Shown here piece by piece: positions 1-10,200 of a stretch of DNA of 64,000 nt. Numbering within the stretch: position 1 is the first letter of the stretch; each line of letters begins with the position of its first letter. The stretch is from NCBI GenBank assembly GCA_030059665.1, contig JANVYR010000002.1, forward strand, positions 480,001 to 544,000, written 5' to 3'. The notes beneath the pieces were generated by a model. It did not search any database and was not told the DNA's origin. It was given only the letters and a program-made list of their open reading frames with translations. This stretch comes from Candidatus Calditenuis fumarioli. GTDB taxonomy: Archaea > Thermoproteota > Nitrososphaeria_A > Caldarchaeales > Calditenuaceae. The translations under genes were made by a program, and so were the position numbers.

Positions 1-952
1 CGACGACCATCTCTCCGCATCCCGGGCAGTACGTGCTCTCGTAGGGGTGCCCAGGGACGTTCCCGATGTAGACGTAGTTCATCCCCTCCTCCTTTGCCAC
101 CCTCCAGTGCCTCTCGAGCGTCTCGACCGGTGTCCAGGGCAGGTTCATCATCTTGTAATCCGGATGGAACCTGAGGAAGTGTATCGGTGTGTCGGGGCCG
201 AGGTTGTCATGCACCCACCTGACGAGCCTCCTCGCGGCCTCGAGGTCATCGCCCACCTCCGGCACCACGAGGTCCGTTATCTCGACGTGGATCGTCGTCC
301 TCTCCTTGATCTCCAGCAGGGTCTGGAATATCGGCTCGGGGTCTGGTATGCCGACGTACCTCCGGAGGAAGTTGACCTCAGCGTTACCCTTGAAGTCGAC
401 GGTGGCCGCGTCGAGGAACTCGGAGGCCATACTGACTGACTCGGGAGTCCAGTAGCCGTTGGTGACGAAGACGTTGATCAGCCCTCTCCTCCTCGCGATC
501 ACGCCGACGTCGTGGGCGAACTCCATGAAGATCGTCGGCTCGTTGTAGGTGTAGGCTATCCCGTGGGAACCGTACCTGATAGCGGTCTCGACTATCTCCT
601 CGGGCGTCACCTCAATCCCCTCGACCTTCCTCCGCTGGCTGATGTCGAAGTTCTGGCAGTAGGCGCAGAGCCAGTTGCACCCGGTCGTTGCGATGCTGAA
701 GATCTTCGCGCCCGGCATGAAGTGCGTGACCGGCTTCTTCTCGATCGGGTCGACGTGGCTCGCGATCACGCGGCCGTAGACGAAGAGGTAGAGCGTGCCG
801 TTGACTACGCCCCTGATGCCGCAGAGTCCCACCTGGCCCTCGCCGATCTGGCAGTACCTCGCGCAGGCGGTGCACTTGACCCTGCCGCCCTTCGCCGGCG
901 TCCAGAGCCGGGCCGGAGCCCCCGGTACCTCCCTCTGCTCCGTCCAGGCCAT
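1..952 (-). CDS. AmmeMemoRadiSam-system radical SAM enzyme (PFL-activase family), truncated by window start
   Basis: Not in the ORF track; manual translation from ATG at 952 gives [11 protein letters not shown]...[23 protein letters not shown]...[13 protein letters not shown]...[21 protein letters not shown], with the CxxxCxxC motif and the N-terminal CxxC..C domain typical of this family. Confidence 0.85.
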   Translation of the reverse strand, partial: MAWTEQREVPGAPARLWTPAKGGRVKCTACARYCQIGEGQVGLCGIRGVVNGTLYLFVYGRVIASHVDPIEKKPVTHFMPGAKIFSIATTGCNWLCAYCQNFDISQRRKVEGIEVTPEEIVETAIRYGSHGIAYTYNEPTIFMEFAHDVGVIARRRGLINVFVTNGYWTPESVSMASEFLDAATVDFKGNAEVNFLRRYVGIPDPEPIFQTLLEIKERTTIHVEITDLVVPEVGDDLEAARRLVRWVHDNLGPDTPIHFLRFHPDYKMMNLPWTPVETLERHWRVAKEEGMNYVYIGNVPGHPYESTYCPGCGEMVV

Positions 953-1096
953 CCTCTATAACTGAGGAGTTCCTCCGAGGACATAAGGAATAACCCACAG
1001 TGCGCCGCGCGGTGCCGAGGAGCCCCACCCGCATCGAAGCGGACCCCATCTTTCAGGAACACGTTATAACGGGGCAGGCTTAGAGGACGGCGGAGG

Positions 1097-2356
1097 ATGA
1101 GCAGGTTCAGGGAGAACGTCGAGCTGAGGTTCCCGCTGATCATCATCAGGACCAGGAGGGCCGCGGCGCTCTTCGAGGCTCTGGGCAGGAGCAGGCTCGC
1201 GGGGGCCTTCGGGCTGGGCTCGGCGATAGCGCTCCCGGTGCTGGCCGGCATAGCCACCTTCTTCCTGCTGACGTCGCTGACGCTGATCCTGACGCGGCCT
1301 GAGGTCCAGCAAGCCCAGAGGGAGCTGGGGCCTGCGTCGTACGTGCTCCTTCCCGGAGTCAACCCGTACCTTCCGCTGCTCTACGGCTGGATCGGGATCG
1401 TGGTGGCTCTGGTGGTCCACGAGGGAGCCCACGGTGTCCTCGCGAGGAGGTACAACTACACCGTCAAGTCGAGCGGCATCGTGCTCTTCCTCGGCATCCC
1501 GATAGGGGCCTTCGTCGAGACAGACGAGAGCGAGATCAGGTCCGGAAGGTTCTCGGAGGTGGTGAAGATCCTCTCGTCGGGACCTGCGAGCAACGCCGCG
1601 GTCGCGGCCTTGGCGCTGATCGGGGTGCTGGTCATAAGCGCGGGGCTGGTGCCGTCGATCCCGATCGTCGTGGAGAGGGTGATGGAGGGATTCCCTGCGG
1701 CCTCGGCGGGCATCGAGCCGGGCGACAGGATAGTCTCCGTGAACGGAAACCCGGTCCTCTCGCTTCAGGACCTGAGGAGGGCCTTCGCCGCGGCTGGGGT
1801 GGGCACCGCGGTCAGGGTCGGCGTCGAGAGGGCAGGTAAGCTCCTGGAGTTCGACCTGAGGCTCGCGGACATCGGCAACGGCACCCCCGGAATTGGGGTC
1901 GCGATCAGGGACGCTGACCTGCTCGCCTACTCCTCAACCGTCCTCGAGCGCTTCAGGTCCGTCGCCACCTCGAACCCCGTCGTCCTGCTTGTTCCGCCGA
2001 CGCTGGACGTCTTCACGTACCCCTTCTCCGAGCGGCAGATATGCGTGGTTAGGGAAAAGGGCGAGGACTGCAGGACCATCAGCTCCCTCTTCACGCACCC
2101 GGTCCTCGGAGGATCGTTCGTGGCCGTCTCGGCATTGCTGTACTGGATCTGGTTCGTGAACATCAACGTCGCGATCTTCAACGCCCTCCCGATCTACCCG
2201 CTCGACGGAGGGCAGGCGCTGAGGAAGCTCCTGACGTTTCTGGTGAAGGGAGCGGAGGGGCAGAGGATAGCGTCCGCGATCACGACGGGCGTCACCATTT
2301 TCTTCGTCTCGGTCATCATCTCGATAATCCTCCTGCCGTACCTGAGCCTGAGATGA
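1097..2356 (+). CDS. Site-2 protease (M50) membrane zinc metalloprotease with PDZ domain
   Basis: HEGAH (HExxH), NALPIYPLDGG (NxxPxxxLDG), PDZ segment GFPAASAGIEPGDRIVSVNG, multiple TM helices. Confidence 0.9.
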   Translation: MSRFRENVELRFPLIIIRTRRAAALFEALGRSRLAGAFGLGSAIALPVLAGIATFFLLTSLTLILTRPEVQQAQRELGPASYVLLPGVNPYLPLLYGWIGIVVALVVHEGAHGVLARRYNYTVKSSGIVLFLGIPIGAFVETDESEIRSGRFSEVVKILSSGPASNAAVAALALIGVLVISAGLVPSIPIVVERVMEGFPAASAGIEPGDRIVSVNGNPVLSLQDLRRAFAAAGVGTAVRVGVERAGKLLEFDLRLADIGNGTPGIGVAIRDADLLAYSSTVLERFRSVATSNPVVLLVPPTLDVFTYPFSERQICVVREKGEDCRTISSLFTHPVLGGSFVAVSALLYWIWFVNINVAIFNALPIYPLDGGQALRKLLTFLVKGAEGQRIASAITTGVTIFFVSVIISIILLPYLSLR

Positions 2357-3093
2357 TCCGGGGCCCGAGGGGCCTTCTGGTCATCAGGGCCACGAACCTG
2401 AGGGGAGCGAGGGAAGCTGCGTTCAGGGTTTCCCTTCACGGACCGCAGGTGATCCTCCTGGACCTGCCGGAACCGGCCGAGGGCCCGGTGAACGAGTTCC
2501 TCAGGCACGGTGATCCAGAGATCCTCCTCCACCACCCATCGGAGCTCGTCAGGATCTCGATCAGGGCACACCTCAGGTTCCTCGAGGAACTGCACAATCT
2601 CGGTTACCGGGGAGAGGTGAGGTGCGTGGCTGACGAGGGCGAGGCCCTCCAGGAGCTCGAGCTGGGCTCGGAGGCCTCCCGGCTGACCCTGAGGTACCTG
2701 CTCACGGGAAGGGTGGACGTTGAGATGTGGAGGGGATTGCTCAGAAACGCGCTCCGGGGGGAGAGCTGGAAACCCGCGGTGAACCTCCTCTACGCGTTGG
2801 AAGAGGTCGGTGAGTCTTGGGCTGCGGTCCTCGACATTAGGAGGCTGCGCGCGGTCAGGCCCATCTCCACGTCGGGTCTGGTTGACTTGGTCCTCTGCGG
2901 CCTACCGTTCTGCAGATCGCCCCTCGAGGAGATGCTGAGGCTGGAGCGGATCGGGAGGCTCACGGACGAGAGGTTGAGGGCACTGGTGGCCGAGCAGGCG
3001 GAGTTCGTCCGGGTGGTTCAGACCTCACCCGACCTGGAGACCGCATACGAGCGATGGACCAACCGTTGCCTGGGAGCTTGGGCATGTGGATAA
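2353..3093 (+). CDS. Hypothetical protein (246 aa)
   Basis: ATGA overlap with upstream stop, host-like codon usage; no motif recognised. Confidence 0.6.
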   Translation: MIRGPRGLLVIRATNLRGAREAAFRVSLHGPQVILLDLPEPAEGPVNEFLRHGDPEILLHHPSELVRISIRAHLRFLEELHNLGYRGEVRCVADEGEALQELELGSEASRLTLRYLLTGRVDVEMWRGLLRNALRGESWKPAVNLLYALEEVGESWAAVLDIRRLRAVRPISTSGLVDLVLCGLPFCRSPLEEMLRLERIGRLTDERLRALVAEQAEFVRVVQTSPDLETAYERWTNRCLGAWACG

Positions 3094-3096
3094 GGG

Positions 3097-3321
3097 TCAC
3101 TTGTCTATGCCGAGGTTCCTCCTGAGCCTCTTCAGGCGCTCGAGGTGCTGCGCCACGAGCTCCTCCCGGTCCTCGGGCACAGGATAGCCGTGTCTCTTCA
3201 GGACCTCCAGCTTGACCTCGACCCACTCCCTCGCCAGCTCCTCCATCTCGCGCTCGCTGAGCTCCGGTTCAAGCACCCTCGACGATATCCTCCTGAACCT
3301 CTCCTCCGGATCGCCGCTCAA
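3097..3321 (-). CDS. Small helical hypothetical protein (74 aa)
   Basis: Overlaps aspS stop by 4 nt; charged amphipathic helices. Confidence 0.6.
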   Translation of the reverse strand: MSGDPEERFRRISSRVLEPELSEREMEELAREWVEVKLEVLKRHGYPVPEDREELVAQHLERLKRLRRNLGIDK

Positions 3322-4634
3322 GGGAGGAACCTCTCCGGCGTCCGGGGGAAGAGCACGGCCTCCCTGATGTTCTCGAGCTTGAGCAGGGCCATCGTGAGCC
3401 GCTCGATCCCGATGTTGAAGCCGCCGTGCGGAGGAGCTCCGTACCTGAAGAACTCGGTGAACCAGCTGACGCTCTCCAGACTCATCCCCTTCAGCCTCAC
3501 CTGCTCGACGATCTTCTCGTAGCGGTGCTCCCTCTGGCCTCCCGAGCTCAGCTCAAGTCCCCTGTAGATCAGGTCCACGCTCCTGGCCCAGAACGGGTCC
3601 TCGTCGACCCGCATCACGTAGAAGGGCTTGACGTTGAAGGGGAACCTGTTGATGAAGAAGGCCTCGGCTCCGTACTTCTCCCTCACGTAGTCCGCGAGCA
3701 TCCTCTCAGCCTGCCGGTCCAGGTCCTCGCCGTAGGGGATCTCCTTGCCCATCTCCGAGAGGATCCTGTAGACCTCGGGGAACCTGACCTCGGGGAAGGG
3801 CCTCTTCGGGACCTCGACCTCGGCCCCGAGCAGCTCCAGGTCCCTCGAGTTCTCCTCAAGGACCCTCTTGATCCCGGCCACCAACAACTCCTCTTCCAGC
3901 GCCATGACGTCCCTCTCGTCGGAGATGTACGAGAACTCGACCGCGCATCCCCTGTGCTCGCAGAGGTGCCTCGGCGTGTGGCTCGGCTCCGCCCTCCAGC
4001 TCGGCCCGAGGTCGTAGATCCGCTCGAAGCCCGCGACCATCAGGAGCTGCCGGTGGAGCTGCGGGTCCTGGCGGAGGTAGGCCTTCCTGCCGAAGTAGTC
4101 GATCTCGAACATCTCGGCTCCGCTCTCCGACGGCGCTCCGATTATGCACGGAGTGAAGACCTGGACGAACCCCTTCGAGTCGAGGTACTCGACCATCCCC
4201 TTCACCAGCGAGTGCTGTATCCTGAAGATGGCCTGGTTCCTCGGTGACCTCAGGTCGATCGGCCGGTAGTCGAGCCTCGTGTCGAGCTGGGTCTGGACGG
4301 TTCCGGTCACGTCGATCGGCAACCTCTCCGCCCTCGAGAGGACCTCTATCGATCTCGGGATCAGCTCCATCCCTACCCTCGCGGCCCTTTTCTCCGGCAC
4401 CCTCCCCGTCGCGGCGATGACGTCGTGAGTGTTAAGCGACTTGGCCAGCTCGATCAGGGATTCGTCGACCTGACCCGCCTTCAGGGTCAGCTGGGCGACG
4501 CCCGTCCTGTCCCTGACCCAGACGAAGACGAGCCTGCCCACCTCCTTGACGGTCTCGACGAAGCCCGCAATCCTCACCTCGGCCCCCGGCTCATCGGGTA
4601 TCTCCGCGATCTGGTGGGTCCTGAGCAACCCCAT
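3318..4634 (-). CDS. aspS: Aspartate-tRNA ligase (archaeal type, probably non-discriminating Asp/Asn)
   Basis: OB-fold N-terminus, RLDYRPIDLR, motif 2 WRAEPSHTPRHL, motif 3 YGAPPHGGFNIGIERL. Confidence 0.92.
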   Translation of the reverse strand: MGLLRTHQIAEIPDEPGAEVRIAGFVETVKEVGRLVFVWVRDRTGVAQLTLKAGQVDESLIELAKSLNTHDVIAATGRVPEKRAARVGMELIPRSIEVLSRAERLPIDVTGTVQTQLDTRLDYRPIDLRSPRNQAIFRIQHSLVKGMVEYLDSKGFVQVFTPCIIGAPSESGAEMFEIDYFGRKAYLRQDPQLHRQLLMVAGFERIYDLGPSWRAEPSHTPRHLCEHRGCAVEFSYISDERDVMALEEELLVAGIKRVLEENSRDLELLGAEVEVPKRPFPEVRFPEVYRILSEMGKEIPYGEDLDRQAERMLADYVREKYGAEAFFINRFPFNVKPFYVMRVDEDPFWARSVDLIYRGLELSSGGQREHRYEKIVEQVRLKGMSLESVSWFTEFFRYGAPPHGGFNIGIERLTMALLKLENIREAVLFPRTPERFLP

Positions 4635-4701
4635 CCACCTTTCTCCAAGTGACGAGCCTCACAGGAAAAAGTTTGAGCGACCGGGACTCCTCCGGGGACC
4701 G

Positions 4702-5505
4702 TTACGTTGCGGCCGGCCCTCCGACCACCTGTCCGAGCTCCTGAGCCGCCTCCTTAGGCGTCCATCCCTCGTGGACGATCCTCCGCAGCGCCCTTATCAT
4801 GCCCACCGGGTTAGAGGACTGGAAGACGTTGCGGCCGAAGTCCACGCCCGCCGCTCCTGCCGAGACCGCCTCGTACGCCAGCTTCAGCGCGTCCATCTCC
4901 GATTCCATCTTCGGGCCTCCGGCGATCACCAGCGGCACCGGCGCAGCGTCCACGACCTTCTCGAACTCGGGCGTGTAGTACGTCTTGATGAAGTGGGCTC
5001 CCAGCTCAGCGGCGACCCGGCACGCCAGCGCGATGTACTTCGTCTCCCTTTTCTCCAGCTCCCTGCCGACCGCCGTCACCGCGAGGACCGGGATGCCGTA
5101 GTCCTCTCCGAGGTCCACCAGCTTCGCCAGAGCCTTCAGGGTCTGGTGCTCGTAGGGCGTTCCGACGTATATCGAGAAGGCGAGGGCCGCGGCGTTGAGC
5201 CTTATCGCGTCCCTGACCGACGTCACTATGTCCTCGTTTCCCAGCGCCGGCCCAGCGATGGTGTTGCCTCCCGAGACCCTCAGCACGACGGCCACGTCCA
5301 CCGTGGGGTCGACCGAGGTCCTCAGTACACCGCGGGTCAGCATTATCGCGTCGGCGTAAGGGAGCAGCGGGGTTATGGTCCTCCGCGGGTTCTCCAGGCC
5401 CCTGATCGGCCCGAGGAAGTAGCCGTGGTCGACGGCCAGCATCACGGTCCTCTTCGTCTCGGGCTTGATGATCCTCGAGAGCCTGTTCCTGAGGCCCCAG
5501 CTCAT
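4702..5505 (-). CDS. lsrF: DhnA/class I aldolase-fold protein, LsrF-like thiolase
   Basis: MSWGLRNRLSRII..., LAVDHGYFLGP, AAELGAHFIKTYY, IAGGPK, GVDFGRNVFQS match the LsrF clade. Confidence 0.75.
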   Translation of the reverse strand: MSWGLRNRLSRIIKPETKRTVMLAVDHGYFLGPIRGLENPRRTITPLLPYADAIMLTRGVLRTSVDPTVDVAVVLRVSGGNTIAGPALGNEDIVTSVRDAIRLNAAALAFSIYVGTPYEHQTLKALAKLVDLGEDYGIPVLAVTAVGRELEKRETKYIALACRVAAELGAHFIKTYYTPEFEKVVDAAPVPLVIAGGPKMESEMDALKLAYEAVSAGAAGVDFGRNVFQSSNPVGMIRALRRIVHEGWTPKEAAQELGQVVGGPAAT

Positions 5506-5513
5506 ACCTCCAC

Positions 5514-7169
5514 ATGCGGAACCCGGGTGAAAAATTTAGCGCCTGGACCGGCGGAGGGCATCGGGGAGTGGAGCGGAGGACCTTCGCGGAGTTCGTGGAG
5601 CTCTGCCAGCGCCTCGAGGCCACCGAGAGCAGGTCCGCTAAGGCGAGGATGGTGGCGGCCTTCATGTCCTCGCTCGGCCCGGAGGAGGCGAGGGCCTTCG
5701 CCTACATGCTCGTCGGCAGGAAGTCCGGGGAGAGGGGGAAGCCGATCAACGTCGGCTGGTCGACCGTGCAGAGGGCCCTCTCGATCGCTGAGGGGTCGGT
5801 CCCGCTCGACCTCTGGGGCAGGCGGCTCGGGCTGCTGGAGGTCTGGAGGGCCCTCGAGGAGCTGTCGGCACTGGAGGGTCCGGGATCGCAGGAGAAGAGG
5901 GTCAGGGCCCTCGCCTCGCTCTTCGTCAGGTGCACTCCGGAGGAGAGGGGGTGGCTGGTGAGGGTGCTGACGGGCGAGATGCGCCACGGCGTCAACCACG
6001 GGGTCTTCCTCGAGGCGGTGGCCGCGATGCTCAGACGCGACCTCGATGAGATCAGGTACGCCGACATGGTCTACTCCGACATCGGGAAGCTGGCGGAGCT
6101 CGCGGTCAGGAACGAGCTCGCAGCTCAGCAGGTGGAGCCCATGAGGCCGGTGCGGCCGATGCTCGCGGAGATGTGCGGGTCTCCGTCCGAGGCGCTCTCG
6201 GAGCACGGAGGTACGTCCTGCTTCGAGCCGAAGTACGACGGCATCAGGCTTCAGGTCCACGTCTCGGGAGGTGAGGTCCGGCTCTTCACCAGGCGGCTGA
6301 GGGACGTGACGCAGAACCTGCCCGACGTCGTGGAGGCCGTCAGGAGGGAGATAAGGTGCAGGTCGGCCGTTCTGGACTCGGAGGCGATAGCCGTCGGCCA
6401 CGACGGGAGGCCCATGCCCTTCCAAGAGACGGTCCGCCGGGTAGGCCGTGAGAGGGAGCTCGAGGAGGCGCTGAGGGAGCTGCCCCTGGCACTGAGGGTC
6501 TTCGACGTCCTCCACCTGGACGGGAAGGCTACGGTCCTGATGCCCTACCTCGATCGGAGGAGGTTGCTCGAGGAGTTTGTGCCGCCGGAGATGCTCGCGC
6601 CGGTGTCCCGGCTCTCGGACCCCAAGGAGGTGGAGGAGCTGATGCGGAGGAACGTCGAGACGGGGAACGAGGGTCTCGTCGCGAAGGACCCGAGGTCTCC
6701 CTACATTCCCGGAAGGAGAGGGAAGCACTGGCTGAAGCTGAAGGCGTCCGAGACGATGGACGTCGTGATCGTGGCCGCCGAGTGGGGTCACGGGAGGAGG
6801 TCCGGATGGCTGAGCAACTACCACCTGGCCGTGTACGACGATGCGTCGGGGAGGTTCGTGATGGTCGGGAAGACGTTCAAGGGCCTTACGGACGCGGAGT
6901 TCGAGGAGATGACCAGGAAATTGCTCTCCATAGCCGTCGAGCGGCAACCGTGGGGCGTCGTCGTGAGACCGGAGGTGGTCGTCGAGGTGGCCTTCAACGA
7001 GGTCCAGCGAAGCCCGAGGTACGAGGGCGGATTGGCGCTCCGCTTCGCGAGGATAGTCCGGATCCGGGACGACAAGGCTCCGACAGAGGTCAACACGCTC
7101 GAGGACCTCAGGAGGGTTTTCCTCCGGCAGATGGAGAGGAGGGGAGCATCGGAGAGGTTCTCGCTCTGA
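5514..7169 (+). CDS. lig: ATP-dependent DNA ligase (true start probably GTG near 5568)
   Basis: EPKYDG adenylation motif, EGLVAKDP..Y.PGRRG..WLKLK, C-terminal OB domain LRFARI..IRDDK. Confidence 0.92.
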   Translation: MRNPGEKFSAWTGGGHRGVERRTFAEFVELCQRLEATESRSAKARMVAAFMSSLGPEEARAFAYMLVGRKSGERGKPINVGWSTVQRALSIAEGSVPLDLWGRRLGLLEVWRALEELSALEGPGSQEKRVRALASLFVRCTPEERGWLVRVLTGEMRHGVNHGVFLEAVAAMLRRDLDEIRYADMVYSDIGKLAELAVRNELAAQQVEPMRPVRPMLAEMCGSPSEALSEHGGTSCFEPKYDGIRLQVHVSGGEVRLFTRRLRDVTQNLPDVVEAVRREIRCRSAVLDSEAIAVGHDGRPMPFQETVRRVGRERELEEALRELPLALRVFDVLHLDGKATVLMPYLDRRRLLEEFVPPEMLAPVSRLSDPKEVEELMRRNVETGNEGLVAKDPRSPYIPGRRGKHWLKLKASETMDVVIVAAEWGHGRRSGWLSNYHLAVYDDASGRFVMVGKTFKGLTDAEFEEMTRKLLSIAVERQPWGVVVRPEVVVEVAFNEVQRSPRYEGGLALRFARIVRIRDDKAPTEVNTLEDLRRVFLRQMERRGASERFSL

Positions 7170-7218
7170 CGGGCAACGACACTTTCCAGCTAACCACTTG
7201 GCTCAATCTCAAGGCGCG

Positions 7219-10200
7219 CTAATTCTTCGTTAATGCCCCATTAGCCACCGCCTCCCTGATGTGCATCAGGACGTCTTCAATCACGCCCTCGGGGTTGATC
7301 CACCACTCGCTCGACCAGATCCTGTATATCCTCCAACCCAATCTCTCGAGGTGTCTCTGCCTGATCCAGTCCCTCTCCCGAGCTGTCCTGTGACTGTGGT
7401 ACAGCCTTCCGTCGCACTCTATCCCCAAGATGAACCGGCCGTTATGCAAGACTCCTATGTCGATCCTGTACCTTCCCACCCCGACCTGAGGGACGAGTTC
7501 CACCTCTTTGTTCAATCCCTCATTGGTCAGGGCCGCCTGCAGACGTTTGAAGACCTCCTCCTCAAAGGGCGAGTCGAAAGGCTCTATGTGTGGATGTGAA
7601 GCTCCTCCCCTTTCGGCGTACTCCAAAAAGTCCCTCAGGACCCTTACGCCACGCGGGTCGTTGTCGTTAACCCTGATCATGTCGTATTTCATTGACGAGA
7701 CGACCCATAGCATCTTCCTGGCTCTGGATATCAGGACGTTGATGCGTCTCTCTCCGCCTTCATTATTGATCGGCCCGAACGTCTTGCGCACCACTCCTTC
7801 GACCGGTCCGTAGGTCATGCTGATTATCACGAGGTCTGCCTCCCTTCCCTGCACCGTCTCCAAATTCCTGACCAGCAGCCTGCCGTCCTCTTCCATCTCA
7901 TCGATCAGATCGGCGACTTCCCTCTCGCGATAGGGTAATGGAACGGTCAGGTGCTTCGCGTACCTGAAGGCCCTGAGCCTTTCCCTGTCCATGGGGCCCC
8001 TCCGATCAGATTGGGATTGTGCCTTGTAGTCCTCGATGAGACCCTTTATTGCGTCCTGCTGCCTCTCGTTCATCGCCACTATCAGGATGCTCTTGTATTC
8101 CTTCGATTTCACCGCCTCGATGAGCCGCCAAAGAACTACTGCTGCCTCGTTCGGATTTACACCGGTTTTCGATATGTAGTTGCCGTTTTCGACGAAGAAG
8201 AACCGCACCCTCCTGTCATTAGGATCTGCTGAGGGATACACCACCAGACGGTTGTCGTAAAAATAAGCGTTGGAGAACGCGATGAGCGATTCGTGCTCTC
8301 CTCTGTAGTACCACCTGAGCCACTCCTCGCCGAAGACCCTGAAACCTGAAGAGTTGGTGTTGAGACATGCCTCCAGCAGACCCTCGGGAGTTTCGATTTC
8401 CTCGCCCTCCTCGTCCTCCTGCTGCTCGATCCTTCTCGTGAAGTAGTCCGTGGGTGGCATCTGCTGCTCGTCGCCGACTACTATGACCTGACGGCCTCTC
8501 GCTATTGCGGGGAGTGCTCGCTCCGTTTGCACCTGTGACGCCTCGTCGAAGACCACCACGTCGAAGAGCTGACCCTTGAGACCCCTCAGCAGCGTGGATA
8601 CCATAAGAGGAGTCATGATCAGGACGGGTTTGACCAGCAGTATCTCGTTTAAGTGGTCACGCATGATGCGGACGAGGGGGCGCCTCCTTCTGATCTTGAG
8701 CTGGTGGGCTGCGAGTTCCCTTAGCCTCATTATTGGACCTTTGAATAGCCGCGGACCACCGGGCAACGTTCTAAGCCCTAAGTTCAGTCTGATGGTGTGG
8801 ATGACCTTGCTCCTCAACGCGAGCGCTGCCAGCGCCACACTTCGGCCTTCTCCTAAGCGCTGCCCATCTCCATGTGTGTAGAGGCCATCGTAGTAACCGA
8901 TGAGCTTCTGCATCGCTCCCTTAGGGCCCTCACGCACCTCGCTCAGCAGGCTTACGAGTGCCCTCCTCAGCTTATTACCCGACCGCTCGTAAGCGACGAT
9001 AGATTCCCAGACCTCCGTGAGCTCGTCGAACGAACCGAAATTCTCAAGCAGTCTGTCAACGAAGCGCGAAAATTCCCGGTCGGCGATAACCCCTGCCAAG
9101 TCTAGGAGACGCTGAAGCTGAATCCCGAAGCTATCGCTTTCAGCCAGATCTTCTAGCACTATGACTGTGCGGTCGAGCAGCTCGGGGAGTACCAAATCCT
9201 TCCGGACGGCTTCCGCGTCAATAAGCCACTGCAGAAATCCACGCAGATCGCCTAGTCTCTTAGCGAGGCCCTGCAGGTCCAGCTCGGTATCGAAGAACTG
9301 CTGGGCGTACGCGAGCAATTCGTCCTCACCATCTGGAGATGGTTCGAATCCTAAAGCTTCGAGAGCGCGCTCACGACCATCAAGCAGTCTCCGCAGAGCC
9401 CTTTCTAGTTCTATTGTTGGCATCTTGTCTACTGCATGTCCCAGGAGCTGCCTGAGCTCGTTCACAAGTTCCTCCCTTAGATTCGAGGCATACTCGAGTT
9501 CGGAGAGCGTTCTATCCCTCTGGTAGTAGAGCTGACGTTTGATCTCTTTACGAGCGGTATCCGGTTCTATGCCGTACCTCCTCAGCTCGTGGGCCCACTG
9601 AGCGAGATGCCTGTGTCCCAGTAAAATCGTCTTGATTCTCGAGATCAGCCCCCGGGGGAAGAGCCTCATCATCAACTCATCTATGTCTTTCACCTCTTGG
9701 CTGAGATGATCGATCTTTCCATCCAACTCGAGGATCTGACGTGTGAGCTCCAGAGCGCGCTGCAACTTTCGTATGCTCAGCTTCACTTTCAGACCGTCCG
9801 TCACAACGTTCAGCAGCTTCACGCATTCACCGACACTCCTTTGGCCTTGAAGCCAGTTTAACAACCTCATTGATGAGGCGAGGTAACTTATCGCAAGAGA
9901 CAGCTCCTCAGCGCTAGGATTCTGCTCCAGCCCGAGCCTGCTTCGGAGCCAGGCGACCGTCTGAAACAATGCGGGATCTAGGGTTCTCTGGCCTGTCTCT
10001 TCCCTTAGCTCAAAGGCGCTGAGTATCGCAGCGGAGTACTTCTGTTCTTCGAACCATCTGCGTACCGTATCCCTACCATGCTCCGCGAGAAGCTGCCGTA
10101 AAACCTGAACCTTTTCACGCTTCTCCAGTAGCGCCTTGCTAGCGATTGCGAGGTCGTGTCTCATCTCGTTGCCTGAGACCAGGGCCAGATACTCCGAGTA

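Noticed and set aside
612-1049. ORF track 145 aa minus-strand ORF
   Set aside because: Wrong frame; the real radical SAM CDS on this strand is in another frame starting at 952
5502-6947. Long antisense ORFs opposite lig (and similar ones opposite aspS, ilvC, glmU-like, FKBP, fbp)
   Set aside because: Typical antisense shadow ORFs of high-GC3 genes, with no motifs
7170-7218. Search for a tRNA 3'-end repeat marking the far end of the helicase island
   Set aside because: No copy of the tRNA-Lys 3' sequence is visible, so a bounded prophage/ICE cannot be claimed
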